Positions 24,625 through 38,048 of a stretch of DNA of 64,000 nucleotides are shown here, in pieces. This DNA is from Prorocentrum cordatum. Its lineage: Eukaryota. The stretch covers positions 62,001 to 126,000 of the forward strand of contig CAUYUJ010000015.1 in assembly GCA_963575745.1 (NCBI GenBank), read 5' to 3'. How positions within the stretch are numbered: the stretch's first letter is position 1; the number at the start of each line of letters is the position of its first letter. The notes under the pieces are model-generated. The model ran no database searches. It worked only from the letters and a program-made list of their open reading frames with translations, and was not told the DNA's origin. A program made the translations under genes and the position numbers.

Positions 24625-26060
24625 GGGAGGAGGAGGAGCAGGAGGAGCAGGAGGAGCAGGAGGGAGGGAGAGAGGGAGGAAGAAAAGGAAGAGGAGGAGG
24701 AGGAGGAGGAGGAGGAGGAGGAGGAGGAGGAGGAGGAGGAGGAGGAGGAGGAGGAGGGGGGGAGGAGGAGGAGGGGGAGGGGGGGGGGGGAGGGGAGGAG
24801 GAGGAGGAGGGGAGGAGGAGGAGGAGGAGGAGGAGGAGGAGGAGAGGAGGAGGAGGAGGAGGAGGAGGAGGAGGAGGAGGAGGAGGAGGAGGAGTAGGAG
24901 GAGGAGGAGGAGGAGGAGGAGGAGGAGGGGAGGAGGAGGAGGAGGAGAGGAGGAGGGAGGAGGGAGGAGGAGGAGGAGAGGAGGAGGAGGAGGAGGAGGA
25001 GGAGGAGGAGGAGGAGGAGGAGGAGGGAGGAGGAAGGAGGAGGAGGCAGGAGGAGGAGGGAGGAGGAGGAGGAGGAGGAGGAGGAGGAGGAGGAGGAGGA
25101 GGGGGGAGGGGGAGGAGGAGGAGGAGGAGGTGGAGGAGGAGGAGGAGGAGGAGGAGGAGGAGGAGGAGGAGGAGGGGAGGAGGAAGCGGAGGGGAGGGGG
25201 AGGAGGAGGAGGAGGAGGAGAGGAGGAGGAGGAGGTAGGAGGAGGAGGAAGGGAGGAGGAGGGAGGAGGAGGAGGAGGAGGAGGAGGAGGAGGAGGAGGA
25301 GGGGGGGGGGGGGGAGGGGGAGGGGGAGGGGGAGGAGGAGGGGAGGAGGAGGGGAGGAGGAGGAGGAGGAGGAGGAGGAGGAGGAGGAGGAGGAGGAGGA
25401 GAGGAGGAGAGGAGGAGGAGGAGGAGGGGGAGGGGGAGGAGGAGGAGGAGGAGAGGAGGAGGAGGAGGAGGAGGAGGAGGAGGAGGAGGAGGAGGACGGT
25501 AGGAGGAGGAGGAGGAGGAGGAGGAGGAGGAGGAGAGGGGAGGAGGAGGAGTAGGAGGAGGAGGAGGAGGGGGAGGGGGAGGGGGAAGGAGGGGGGGATA
25601 CGCGGCGGGGGAGGTGTTCACGCGGCCCGCGCGCGCCGCTCCGCAGGCGCAGCCGTCGCCGCAGGGGCCCCCGCCGCTGGACCTCCCGCGGCTGGGACGA
25701 CAACGGCCAGGGCTGCTGGAGGAGGAGGAGGAGGAAGAGGAGGAGGAGGAGGAGGCGCACGAGGAGGAGGGGGCAGGAGGGGGGAGGAGGAGGGAGGAGG
25801 AGGAGGAGGAGGAGGAGGAGGAGGGGAGGAGGAGGAGGAGGAGAAGGAGCAGCAGAAGGAGGAGGAGGAGCGAGGAGGAGAGGAGGAGGGAGAGGGGGCG
25901 GGGCAGGAGGGGGCAGGAGGAGGGAGGAGGAGGAGGAGGAGGAGGGAGGAGGAGGAGGGAGGAGGAGGAGGGGGCAGGAGGAGGAGGAGGAGGAAGAGGA
26001 GGAGGAAGAGGAGGAGAAGAGGAAGAAGAGGAGGAGGGGGAGGAGGAGGAAGAGGGGGGG
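24625..26060. repeat. Long imperfect (GGA)n tract; similar (CCT)n/(CAT)n tracts at 2470-2820, 5540-5745, 14555-15860, 62285-62940 and elsewhere
   Basis: Visible directly in the sequence. Confidence 0.95.
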
Positions 26061-26104
26061 TCAATTTTAACGAGGATGACTGGGTCGGGGAGTGGTCGTA
26101 TGAT

Positions 26105-27720
26105 TGTTACCGAACGTGCGTCGCGGTCGACGCCATTTGGCTCAAGTGATTGATATTTCACGTTCGTGACGAGCGTATCGGTTTGGGGAAACGTCTTTAT
26201 CGTTTCCGTGCCTTCGGATTTGCATGGTAGCGGGGCGAGGTTAACTCAAGAGCAATGGCGAGACCTGCCGCGGCCGCTGACGGGCCTAAATATCCAGAGC
26301 GTGAGTGAAACACGCCACACGACCAGGACTGGTGGTTCAACCTTAGCCTTGTCCCGTTCGCGGAGTTGTGCCAAGCTGCTTTCTACAATGGTGGCTACAG
26401 TTACGTGGAAGAGTTACGAGCCAACCATGAAGGCATGAAAGGGCTCATTGATCGACAAACCGCCACCGGGACGATCACGCTTACCAGCGAAGCGAGCTAT
26501 GTCCTGCTGTTCACGGTCCAGAAAAATGAACGCGATGATGCCACATGCGGTGAATAGGAACATGTACTCCGAGAGCGAGTCGAAAATATGGAAGGTAAGG
26601 TTAGAATACCCAGAAGACCAAATGGACGCACAGAAAAGCACATTTGATCATAGCGGAGAGCAAGCATAAACCGGCGAATCTATGTACCAAGCCGGTGAGC
26701 GAGTACAAGGCCACGCAGAAGTTAATGACATTCGTTGGTGATCGAGGCAAGTTCCGGGAATGGGACGAGAAGCGCCTCGACGCCCGTGCACATGTCGATC
26801 CGAGCTACCGCAAGGCACTCAAGAACCTGAACAACAAGCTGGAGACAATGGACGGTGTTTTAAACGAGGACGAAGGCGACATGGCGAGGATACTCAGCGG
26901 TCGGTTAACGGCGGCTGAATAACAAAATGACGACGTCAAAGGTGAGTTTGAGTTCGACGGCGATCAAGCGAACAAGTTGGATGAAGACCTGCGGCGCGTC
27001 CCCAGCGACAAGCTGGACGGGGCAGGGCCGCGAGGAAAGTTGAATGGGGTTACGCGAAGGAGACTGCCTGCAGGCGAACCAGAAAATACACACGTGGTAC
27101 TCGGCTGTTACCGACGTTGCCCTTCAGCCAAGATGAGCTTGGCAAGACCCACAGAAATCAGAGACATGGCGTCGCGGTTAGAGCAGTGGACGGCGTTAGT
27201 GGAAACGCTTGAGAAGTACAGACCGGCGAACTCGTTGAACCAGCCGTTCCGCGTCGCCGCGCTACGAACCATCATGTCAGGTGCTGGTGACTGGCTCGAG
27301 GATCGGTACCGGGATTATTCCAAAATTCCTGAGTCGTTAACACAGGAGAGCTATCAGAAGTTGCTTGTGACATGCATGAATAGGGCCAGGAAAGATGATG
27401 TTAGACGCGGACACGCAGGGCAATGGTGCAATTGAAATCGGAGGTGCTGACAACGTTCACGACGACAAATCGGAAGATGAACGCGAGTAGAATGGCGCAG
27501 GTTACGTCGACGACAACGGCAACCGTTGGCCAGAGGAGCAGCGGTACCAGTGGGACCAGGAAAGCATGCAGGATGAAGATTCAGGAGTAATTGCGGGCAA
27601 CAAGGGACAAGGCGCCAAGAAACAAACCACACCTGGTGCAAGTATGGAGGATCTCGGGCAAGTCACAGTCAACTGTCGAGTAGATGGCGCAGGCGAAAGG
27701 GGAAACAGTTACAAGGGAAC
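26105..27720 (+). mobile_element. Probable LTR retrotransposon 5' remnant (LTR, PBS, decayed gag)
   Basis: A 120-bp TG...CA segment (26105-26224) is followed immediately by TGGTAGCGGGGCGAGGTT (26225-26242), resembling a tRNA-iMet PBS. Downstream broken frames include KPVSEYKATQKLMTFVGDRGKFREW. No 3' LTR seen. Confidence 0.55.
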
Positions 27721-27739
27721 AGTATGCACCCCAGCCAAG

Positions 27740-28146
27740 CCGGAACCGGAACCCGAACCTGGACCAGAACAGTTCGGTTCCAGTTACACGCGCCCGACCT
27801 GGAACCATAACCGGAACCGGAACTGGTTCCAGTTCTCTTTTCATCCTTCTCCCAGCGCCCGAACTGGAACCAGAACCTGACCCCCCCGACAGGAACCCGA
27901 AATCCGAACCGGAACCCGAAAAAGAACCGGAGCCAGAGCCAGAGCCGAAGCCAGAACCACAACCAGAATTGGACGGAACCGGAACCCGAACCATCACCAG
28001 AACCGGAACCAGAACCCGAGTCCGAGCCCGAGCCCGAGCCAGAGCCGGAGCCAGAGCCAGAGTCAGAGCCAGAATTGATGAGGAACCGGAGCCGAAACAA
28101 GAACCGGACGCGGAAGCAGAAAAGTTCCAGTTCCAGTTTTATTTCC
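27740..28146. repeat. Degenerate hexamer repeat (GAACCG/GAGCCA)n
   Basis: Visible directly in the sequence. Confidence 0.85.
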
Positions 28147-28159
28147 AATTCTCCGGCGC

Positions 28160-29100
28160 TGCGGACCGGCGCGTTCCCCTCGGAGGGCCCGCTTCGGCGC
28201 GCGCCCAGGGCGGACGCATTGGCGTTGTCGAACAGTATATCGCTTCCGCTACGGCGCAAGCGAGGGCCGCGCCATCCACCGCGGCGCTATTCGCCGACCA
28301 AAACAAAGCGCTTGAAAGGTTTTCGCCACATGGCTAGCCAACTTGCTACGGCGTCGCGGGCTACCGGCCTGGCTGCAGCACGCCCTGCTCGACCTGGTCG
28401 TCGACGGGGACCTTCGAACCATCGGGGGGCCATGCGCAGGACCCAAGCGTAGGCTCGCCGGGTCGATGGGCATGGGAGGCACCGCCTCACCCCCTCCTTT
28501 GGCGCATGGCCTACGACCTTGCAAATGCGGCCACGGCGGCGGCGGCCTGCAACCGATGCCCAGCCTACGTCGACGACGTCGCCGCTTCACTGGGCACCGC
28601 CGACAAGGCACTGCGGGCTTCCATCAGGCCCCCCTGGGCGTCTTACGCGGCAGGCCCCCTCGCGGTCCTTGCGCGAGCCGCGGCCTGGCCCTCGCAAGTC
28701 AGCCAGAAGGCCCCGAGCAAGTCATTGCAGCCAACCTGCTAACATGCACCAGGCCCTGGGCCGAATTGCTTCCGCGACGGGGCCCCCAGCCGCCCTCGCG
28801 AGAGCCATGCTTGACCCAGATAGACCCAGGCCCGGCCGCAGCGGCTGGATCCTGAGAGCGGCGCGCCACTTGTGCCGGCTCCTTCAAAACCGCGCTAGTG
28901 CCCGGCGCCGCCTCTTACTGCTGGGCGCGCGTGATGGGCGCTCCCCGTGTCGGCCGCTCCTGCGGCAAATAGCAATGGCCATATCTGGGCGCCACCGTCG
29001 CCGCCCGAGCGGAAGGGCCCCTCGCCCCGCCTGGAGGGCGCGCGACGGCCCCGCAGCCCCACTCCCTCATCCAAGAGAGCGCGCGGCCCCGCGGCTTATA
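28160..29100 (+). pseudogene. Decayed LINE RT core
   Basis: [24 protein letters not shown] and AYVDD occur in order across shifted frames. Confidence 0.6.
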
Positions 29101-32100
29101 CGGTGCAATTTTGACGCAGACAGCGCGCCCCAACGGCCTCCCTCCGCTGGCAGTTTTGACACCCGCAACCCAGCCCCGCTTGCAGCGCGGTCGCGGGCAG
29201 GATCGCAGGTGGCCGCAGCGGTGCGGTGCGCGGGGCCGCCCGCCTCCAGCTCCCGCTGACGCCAGGCGCCCGGGCTGCCGCCCCGCCAGAGCGGGGGCCT
29301 CTCTACAGGCGGGGCGCTCCGCCTCCCTGCCCTCCCACTCTCCCCCAACTGCGCCTCGCGCCCCCCTTCCTCCGCGCCGCCACGGCGCCCGCGCTGCAGC
29401 GGTTGCTGGCAGCTTCCCCCCGTGTGGCGGTGTTCCGGGGCCCGGCATTTTGCTGGTGGCAGTCTGGAGCTTAGATTGCTCGTGTATCCGCCGTGCCTTG
29501 TCAACCCGGCCGCCCACCTGAGCGGCCTCACGGCGTTTTCCCAAACGTGCAAGTACTTAGTCCTATTTCACCTACGGCGTCATCGCGGGTACCCTTTGCT
29601 TTCGTTTGCTGGGCCTCGTCATCGCCCGCGGGCGCCCCGACGCTGCTGCCCGGCAGCTGCCGCGGCTCCCGCTGACGAGGTCGGCCGCGCCAGCGCGTTC
29701 TGTTCGGAAGTCTTCCGTTTCTGAGGGCCCCCTCCCTCCTCCTCCGCGGCCGCCCTGTCTGTCTCGTTCCCCTCTCCTGCGTGCTGGGCAATTGGCTTCT
29801 CGGTGCCCCCGTTTAGCTCTATCGCTGGTGCAGCCAGGTTTCTTCGCCGCCGACGAAAAAAACGACGACAAATATGCGTGGGTCACAACGCCGCGGGTTC
29901 ACCGCCGATGCACCCAGGGCCCGGGGGATGGAGTGTTCACCTTTGGCCACGGAGCGTTTTGGAGCGCACTCATACGGAAAGGCCGCGGCGCCTGATGCGC
30001 CCCCCAGGCCCGCCGGCTCTCCGAGATTCCCGCGCGATCGTCGCTCGAATCGGTCCCCATCCGTCGAGCAGGGGGTCGAATACATAATTGATTTACACCC
30101 AACTGGATTTCCTCGCCGAGTGTACACGACGACGTAGAATGTCATTCGATATACGAACGTGCGACGTGTGTTCATCCTACTCGAATCTTGCCTTCGTCGA
30201 TTTCAGTCCCAGGAGCGCAGCCAGAGCGGCGGCGCCGCAAAGGCGGCTCAGGAGGCGGGCGCCGAGGTGGCGACGCCGTGCGCTGCTGGCGCCCCGGGCG
30301 CTTCGCGGGCTCAGCCGTCGCCGCAGGGGCCGCCGCCGCGGCTGGAACCCCTGCAGCCTCCACACCTCCCGGCGCCGCGCTCGTTCCCTCCCCCCCCCCC
30401 GCCCCGGGCAGGCGTGTTTCGTGATCCTCCTCCTCCTCCTCCTCCTCCTCCTCCTCCTCCTCCTCCTCCTCGGCTCTTGTGTGGGGGCACTTGTGCGTCT
30501 TGTGCGTGGCTCTCGTGTCGGGGTTCGCTCCCTTGCAGCCCCTACGTTCTCGATTTCTGCGACCAGGAGCCCACTTTCGCGCCCTCGGGGTCCCCGCAGA
30601 AGAACGGGCCTGCCCGCACCCCCCTCGACTTCGACGTCTGTTCGAGTCGCTGGCCCATAGAGTTCCTTTGATATCCGACGAGATTATTCGTTCAACCCCA
30701 GCATAACTTGTCTTTGATGTTTGCTCTGGTGCCCGTTATTAGGCCCTGGGACAGACAAAGATGGTTCATGGGTGGGGGTCGGATCGGGGCGGGGGGTCGG
30801 ATCGGGACTTCTGGGGCCTCGAGCCGGCAGAACAAGCCGTCGGATGCTGACGCCTCGACCCCCTCCCCGAGACCAGCGCTTCATCCCGAGCTGTTGCCCG
30901 GCGGCCCTGGGGCCCGGAGCGGCTCCCCGCGGGCGCCGAGCCTGGCGGAGGCTCTCGGGCGCGAGCTCTGACTGGCTCGAGCCGCTGGAGGCCCCGGGCG
31001 CGAGGGGGCCGAGAGCTTCTGGGTCCACCAGCCGGGGACGTGCGCCAGAGGTGCCCCTGGCCCAGATTCGGGGGAGCGTAAGACCCGGGTTTGCCAGGAC
31101 TCGGGTTCGCCATCGTTGTTTGACGACCGCGCCTCGGATTTTGACGAGGAGGAGTTTCGTGGGATGTCTGCAGCGGGAGGCCTCGTCAAAATGCAGGCTC
31201 GGCCTCGTCATTTTTTTGACGACCTCGTCGGGGATTTCCGAGTCCCCTGTACCCAGGTCTTACGTCCCCCTGACAGATTGCAGTTCTTGGGGAAAGAAAG
31301 CACGGCACAGTCATACATTCCTGGAGGTCCGCGCGGATCTCTTGGATCGGCGCCGATTCCCCCCGGCGGCGCGTCCGTCGCAGCCCCCGGCTCGCTCCGC
31401 GAGCCAGGGAGGGGAGTCCCGCGCCGACCCCAGAAGTCCGCGCTGGCCTCCGAAAGTTCATGCTCTGCCCATGCGCTTTCGCGGCCCGCCCCCACAAATG
31501 GGATGGGTCCTCGAACTCGGTCAGCGGGCATAGGATCTGGAGCGGCACAGGCCTGCGCGACTCTTGACGACGGGCCTGTCTCCCACCACCACCACAAGTT
31601 GGAGGGGGGAGGGGGTCCTTCTCCCCCTCGTCTTCTTCCTCCTCCTCATCATCCTCCACCTCCTTCCCCCCTCGAACTTTCAGGAGGGAAAAAACACACA
31701 GACACAATTATTCGTCGATTCCCAAGAAAATATAGGAAAATATGAATGGGGGGAAGACAACCAGAAAATATTGAAAAATATAGGGAATTCTGTTATTTGT
31801 GTTTATTTACTGTGAAGGCCTCACGGCCGGTGCCGCCGACCCTGAAGATTTTGGCCGTCGATGGCGACGGGATGTGTGAACACAGGACGGAGCGAAAGGA
31901 CAACGTGACAGGGTAGGCGGAGGAAGTGTGTGAGGAGGAGGAGGTGGTGGAAGACGGGCCCCTCCTCCAACTCGTGGAGGAGGTGGTGGAAGACGGGCCC
32001 CTCCTCCAACTCGTGGTGGTGGAAGACGGGCCCCCTCCTCCAACTCGAGGAGGAGGGGGCCCCTCCAACTCGTGGTGGTGGTGGCGGAAGACGGGCCCCT

Positions 32101-35100
32101 CCTCTGACGGGCCGCCGCCGCCCCGGGGGCACCCTGAGGCCTCCCCGGGGGCCTCTCGCGGGGGGACGCCCCCGGAGGCCCCCGGCGCCCGGCGCCCCCC
32201 GGGGAGTCCCGGGAGGACGCTCGGGGGGGGGGGGGGGCACACGCGCGAGCCTAACCCCTGCCCCCCACGATTTCTGAGGGGAGGGCGGGGTTCATGTCGC
32301 TCGGGAGCTCCCAGACGGAGTGAACCCCACCCTCCTCCTCCCTCCTCCTCCTCCTCCTCCTCCTCCTCCTCCTCCTCCTCCTCCTCCTCCCTCCCCCTCC
32401 TCCTCCTCCCCCTCCCTCCCCCTCCGAAATCGTGGGGGGTGGGGGTGGGGTTCGCGTGTGGCCCCCTACGGGGGGGGGAGGGGGCACCTGCGCCCAGCGG
32501 CGAGGGGGCCCTTCGCTCCGCTCGCGGTCGTCGTCGTCGTCGTCGGCGGCGTCGTCGGCGTCGTCGTCGGCGTCGGCGTCGTCGTCGTCGGCGTCGTCGG
32601 CGGCGGCGGCGTCGGCGGCGGCGGCGTCGGCGTCGTCGGCTGCGTCGTCGGCGGCGGCGTCGTCGGCGGCGGCGTCGGCGGCGGCGTCGGCGTCGTCGTG
32701 GTCGTCGCCGTCGTCTTCGTCGTCGTGGTGGTGGATGTCGTCGTCGTGGTGGTGGTGGTCGTCGTGTTCCTTGGCGTTGTCGTCGGGGTCGAGAGTTACT
32801 TGGGCCCGGTGCTTGCCGGGCGCCGTCGCGCATCCTGGCGCGACCGACCCGTCGATGCCGACTCCCTGCCGATGCGGCCCGTTCCCATGCCCGATCCGAT
32901 CCGATCCGAGTTGCCGTTTTGACGCCGACCGCTCAACCCAGACGACCCGCGCGGCGCTGCCGTGGTCCCAAGGAGGTCCGACCCCTCCCACGGGGAAGTG
33001 TCTGGTCTCGGGCCCCTGTGTCTGATGGTCGGGGGCCCGAGAGCGGGTCCCCGAGCCTGAAGTCTAAGACAGGCTCCCAGATTGAAAAAGCAGGAGTCGT
33101 CGGAGATCGGGACACTGTGCGAGGAACGTCGGAGGTCGGAGATCGGGAACCACGGGAAGCCGAATCGAAGGGCATGCGAGGTCGGACATCGTTGGGCATC
33201 GCAGAGAAAACGCCCGGAGATCTGCAGAACATGGTCCATTTCGATCCGATCGATCCTATTCAGTATCGGCTCCAGCTGGCCAGATTCGATTCGGTTCCGA
33301 TGTTCGGGCGATCGGATGCGGTCCGATGCTTGCATGGCGCTGTTGTGCATTCTGGCGCAGCAGATCCGATTTGACTTCGATCCAGTGCCGATCTGGCCCG
33401 ATTCGATGCACGCTCAGATTTCCCGATTCGATGCTGTTAGTTCCTGCAGAATCTCACTCGCAGAGGGGGGATAGGGGGAAGGCTCCTGAGAAGCACCCTG
33501 CTTCGAAGGCGCGGGCCTGGTCCGTAGATCTAGGGCCGGCGCCTTCTACGAGGCGGTCTCCTTTTGCCCCCTCGCTTGCCTCCTACGAAGCGGCTGCCGG
33601 CCTTCTACGAAGCTTTCCCTCCCCCCCCCCCGCGCCCTCCTGCGTGCCGCCGAGACTCGTTGGAGATCCAGGGCCTCTGGGGCCCGCCAGGCGCCCCACG
33701 CGGCGGCGGCGCCGGTGCCCCTGCCGCCCGCCCGGCGGAAGGCGGCCCCGCCGCGCGCCTCCCCGGGCCGCCCCGCGCGGCCGCGAGGACGCGGCGGCGC
33801 GGCCGGGGGGGAGGGGTTCGCCCCGGGGGGAGGGGTCGGGACCTTCTGGGGCTGCGGTCTCGGATGTGTGGTCCCAACCGGAGTCGCGCACCTGCTGGGG
33901 CTGCGCACGGAAAAATCGGGCCGAGGGAAGGGAAAGGGGGGGGGGTAGCGAAAGGGAGGGTTACGAAAGCTGCTGCATGCAGCTGGTGTCGGCCCCGCCG
34001 CCGGGCCCATTCCTCAATGCATGGGCGCCGGGAGGCGCGGGGAAAATCAGCTACGTGAGCTGATTCTCACCCCCCCCCTTTGCTATCCCCCCTTTCGCCC
34101 GGCCCGAAAAAAAACACACTGTCGGATTTTTGGGTCTCGGATGTTTGGTCCAAGTGAAGTCGCGCACCTCCCTTCGTCGTAGTGCGGCATATCGCGGGCT
34201 CGTAAATGGCGTGCACTGGGCCGGGTCGTTACATCGGGTGAGGACGGGGAGGAGGAAACTGTTTCCGTGGAAGCGGTCGGGACCTCTGGAGGGCGGGTGG
34301 GGTCTGGTGGCGCTGTCTCGGGGTGGGAAGGGTCGCGTGAGAGGGGTGCACGGCTCCTCCTCCTCCTCCTCCTCCTCCTCCTCCTCCTCCTCCTCCTCCT
34401 CCTCCTCCTCCTCCTCCTCCTCCTCCTCCTCCTCCTCCCTCTTCCGCGTGGCAAGGCACGACGCGGCCGCACACGTGTCCATCCCGCAACTTTTCCGTAT
34501 CAGAGGTGGCGGATCAGGGGCGGCGGTGGCCCTTGGCGGCGGCGCCGAGGAGATGGCCAGGGCCTGCGGACGCAGTCTCAGGGGGGGGTCGTGTGGGCGG
34601 GTGTGCCGAGCTTCCCGGATCTCCGGCGATGTTCCTCGATTTCTCTCCAAGTGTTTTCTCGGTCCCGGCGTCTGTCCTCGAGGTCGGGCGCCAGGACCAG
34701 CAGAACGGGAACCGGGGGCAGAAAAGGCAATCCCGGGGAAGGGGTCGGGAGCTGCTGGGGCCGCGCCCTCCAGGAGACCTCCTCGGGCGGTGGGGTCTCG
34801 GAGGAGTCCTGTGAGCGGGGTGCCTGGTTTCCTCGGCTGCGATTGCACTCCCCCCCGGCCCTGGATCTCAGGGGCAACGACTGGGGGGGGCGACGGGTCC
34901 AGGGGTGGGGAACACGTCCCGAACATCGACCCCCCAGTCCTGGCCAGTCCGGGTCCAGATTGGATGCCCACATTGCCCAGGAACACGCGGCTTCGCTGTC
35001 GAGGGCCTATCGGTGATCTACTGCCGATTCCAAGTCAATGCCCCCCCGCGAGCCAGCCCCCCCCCACCCTTATCGCTCCCCCCCACGATCCGGCGCAGCC

Positions 35101-35952
35101 CGCTTTGCACCATTCGGCGAGAGCTTGAGGCCAGCGCCAGTGCCGCCCAGGAAGGTTGTTCGAGCGGGCCTCCCCCTTCCCTTCCTTCCTCAGCGGCCGC
35201 CTCTCCTCCCGAGCCGCACGGACAAGTGCAACTCGATACCGCGTGGCCCGCGGTTGCTCCGACCGCGGCGAGCTTCTTGAAGCTGACGACCAAAGAGTGA
35301 GCGGTGTGTGCCCAAAGCTCTTCGCGTCGTGCGAAACTCACGGCGGAGCGCGTCTTTTTCACAGATTTCGGCCTGCGGGAGGGGGGGCACTTGCCGGGCT
35401 GGGCCCAGGGGCCGTCAAAACGATTGTTCGTGGGGTGGAAAGCCAGCCCAGAAAAGCGATTGAGACATCCAGGGGTCCACGCTGTGAACAAGTCACTACG
35501 TCGGAAATATGGGTGAGAGCAACGTCCTCCTGGCCCTCACTAATCCCCCATGTTTTGTTTCTCCTCCTTCCCTTCCCTTCCCATCCCTCCTCCCTCCTCC
35601 TCCTCCTCCTCCTCTTCCTCCTCCTCCTCCTCCTCCTCCTCCTCCTCCTCCTCCTCCTCCTCCTCCTCCTCCTCCTCCTCCTCCCCGTGCCGAAGGCAAC
35701 CCGTAGCCTGCGTGGCTATTGTTTGTGAGGGACGCACCTTCCGCTGGTAAGGAAGTACGAATTTCACACTTCCTGCGAGCACCCTCACAAACGCCCCGCG
35801 GGTCAGGGTGCCTGGGCGATACCAGCACAACAAGGCCGTTCCGCAACGAGATGCGACCCGCTGGCCGCCAGGAAAGCGGGCAGGCCTTCAACAGAGAAGG
35901 CCTACATCCGCGCCAGGGATCTCAGAGCGATCCCGGACTTCTTTTTCGAGCA

Positions 35953-38048
35953 AGGGGGGTCGTTCTGGCTTGGCCGGAAGGACCCCCCCAAACGGGGCAT
36001 TACCGCCCCGCGGGGCTGTTCGGGCTTTCCCCTTGGCCCGAAAAGGCTCCCCTCACCTCCTTTCTGGTGCTGTGGTGCGCCACCAGGGCGCCTAAACAAG
36101 GGGGCGTTGCTCGGGCTTGGCCCGACGGCACCCCCCACACGGGGTCTTGACCGTTGATGGGAGCTCCACTGGAGCACCCCAAGCAAGGGGGGTTGTTCGG
36201 GCTCGGCCCGAAGAACCCCACCATTGTGGTGCGCCACCAGGGCGCCAAAGCAAGGGGGTTGTTCGGGCTTGGCCTGAAGGACCCCCCGAACGGGGCATTA
36301 TCGCCCCGCGGGGCTGTTCGGGCTTCCCCCTTTGGCCCGAATAAGCTCCCCTCTCTTTTTTTTGGTGCTGTGGTGCGCCACCAGGGCGCCAAAGCAAGGG
36401 GGGTTGTTCGGGCTTGGCCTGAAGAGCCCCCCAAACGGAGCATTACCGCCCCGCGGGGCTGTTCGGGCTTTCCCCTTGGCCCGAATAAGTTCCCCTCGCC
36501 TCCTTTCTGGTGCTGTGGTGCGCCACCAGGGCGCCAAAGCCAGGGGGAGTTGATCGGGCTTGGCCCGACGGCTCCCCCCAAAGGGGTCTTACCACCTCGC
36601 GGCTGTGGTGCGCCACCAGGGCGCCAGAACAAGGGGGGTTGTTCAGGCTCGGCCCGAAGGGCCCCCCCAACGGGGCAACGCCCCACGGGGCTGTTCGGGC
36701 CTACCCCTTAGCCCGAACAAGCTCCCCTTCCTTTCTGTTGCGGTGGTGCGCCACCAGGGCGCCAGCGCAAGGGGGGTTGTTCGGGCTTGGCCTGAAGGAA
36801 ACCCCCAAGAGGGGCCTTACCGCCCCACGGGGCTGTTCGGGCTTTCCCTTTGGCCCGAATAAGCTCCCCTTCCTTTCTGTTGCGGTGGTGCGCCACCAGG
36901 GCGCCAAAGCAGGGGGGGGTAGTTCGGGCTTGGCCTGGAGGAACCCCCAAACAAGGGCCTTACCGGCCCACGGGGCTGCTCGGGCTTTCCCCTTTGGCCC
37001 GGATAAGCTCGCCCCCCTCCTCCTTGGTGCTGTGGTGCGCCACCAGGGCGCCTGAGCAAGGGGGGTGATTCGGGCTTGGCCCGAAGGACCCTCCAAACGG
37101 GGCCTTGCCGGCCCACGGGGCTTTTCGGGCTTCCCACTTGGCCCGAACTAGCTCCCCCAACCTCCTTTTTGTTGCTGCGGTGCGCCACCAGGGCGCCAGA
37201 ACAAGGGGGGGTGGTCGGGCTCGGCCCGAAGGACCCCCCCCCCCAAAGGGGCATCACCGCCCCACGGGGCTGTTCTGGTTTACCCCTTAGCCCGAACAAG
37301 CTCCCTTTCCTTTCTGTTGCTGCGGTGCGCCACCAGGGCGCTAGAGCAAGGGGGGGGGGTCGGGCTTGGCCTGACGGGACCCCCCAAGAGGGGCCTTACC
37401 GGCCCACGGGGCTGTTCGGGCGTTCCCTTTGGCCCGAATAAGCTCCCCTTCCTTTCTGTTGCGGTTGGTGCGCCACCAGGGCGCCAAAGCAAGGGGGTGT
37501 TGTTCGGGCTTGGCCTGAAGGACCCCCCCAAGAGGGGCCTCACCGCCCCACGGGGCAGTTCGGGCTTACCCTTTAGCCCGAATGAGCTCCCTTTCCTTTC
37601 TGTTGCGGCGGAGCGCCACTAGGGCGCCAAAGCAAGGGGGGGGTAGTTCGGGCTTGGCCTGAAGGAACCCCCCAACAGGGGCCTTGCCGGCCCACGGGGC
37701 TGCACGGGCTTTCCCCCTGGCCCGAATAAGCTCGCCTCCCTCCTCCTTGGCGCTGCGGGGCGCCACCAGGGCGCCTGAGCAAGGGGGGTGATTCGGGCTT
37801 GGCCCGAAGGACCTCCCAAACGGGGCCTTGCCGGCCCACGAGGCTTTTCGGGCTTCCCCCTTTGGCCCGAATGAGCTCCCCTAGCCTCCTTTCTGTTGCT
37901 GCGGTGCGCCACCAGGGCGCTAGAGCAAGGGGGGGGGTCGGGCTTGGCCCGAAGGCACCCCCGAACGAGGCCTGACCGCCTCGCGGGGCTGTTCGGGCTT
38001 CCCCCTTGGCCCGAATAAGCCCCCCTAACCTCCTTTCTGGTGCTGTGG
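35953..38048. repeat. Diverged tandem satellite, ~144-bp unit, ~14 copies
   Basis: The core gtgcgccaccagggcgc recurs every ~143-147 bp. Confidence 0.9.

Noticed and set aside
35953..38048. Possible CRISPR-like repeat-spacer array
   Set aside because: The sequence between conserved cores is homologous from unit to unit, so it is a satellite.
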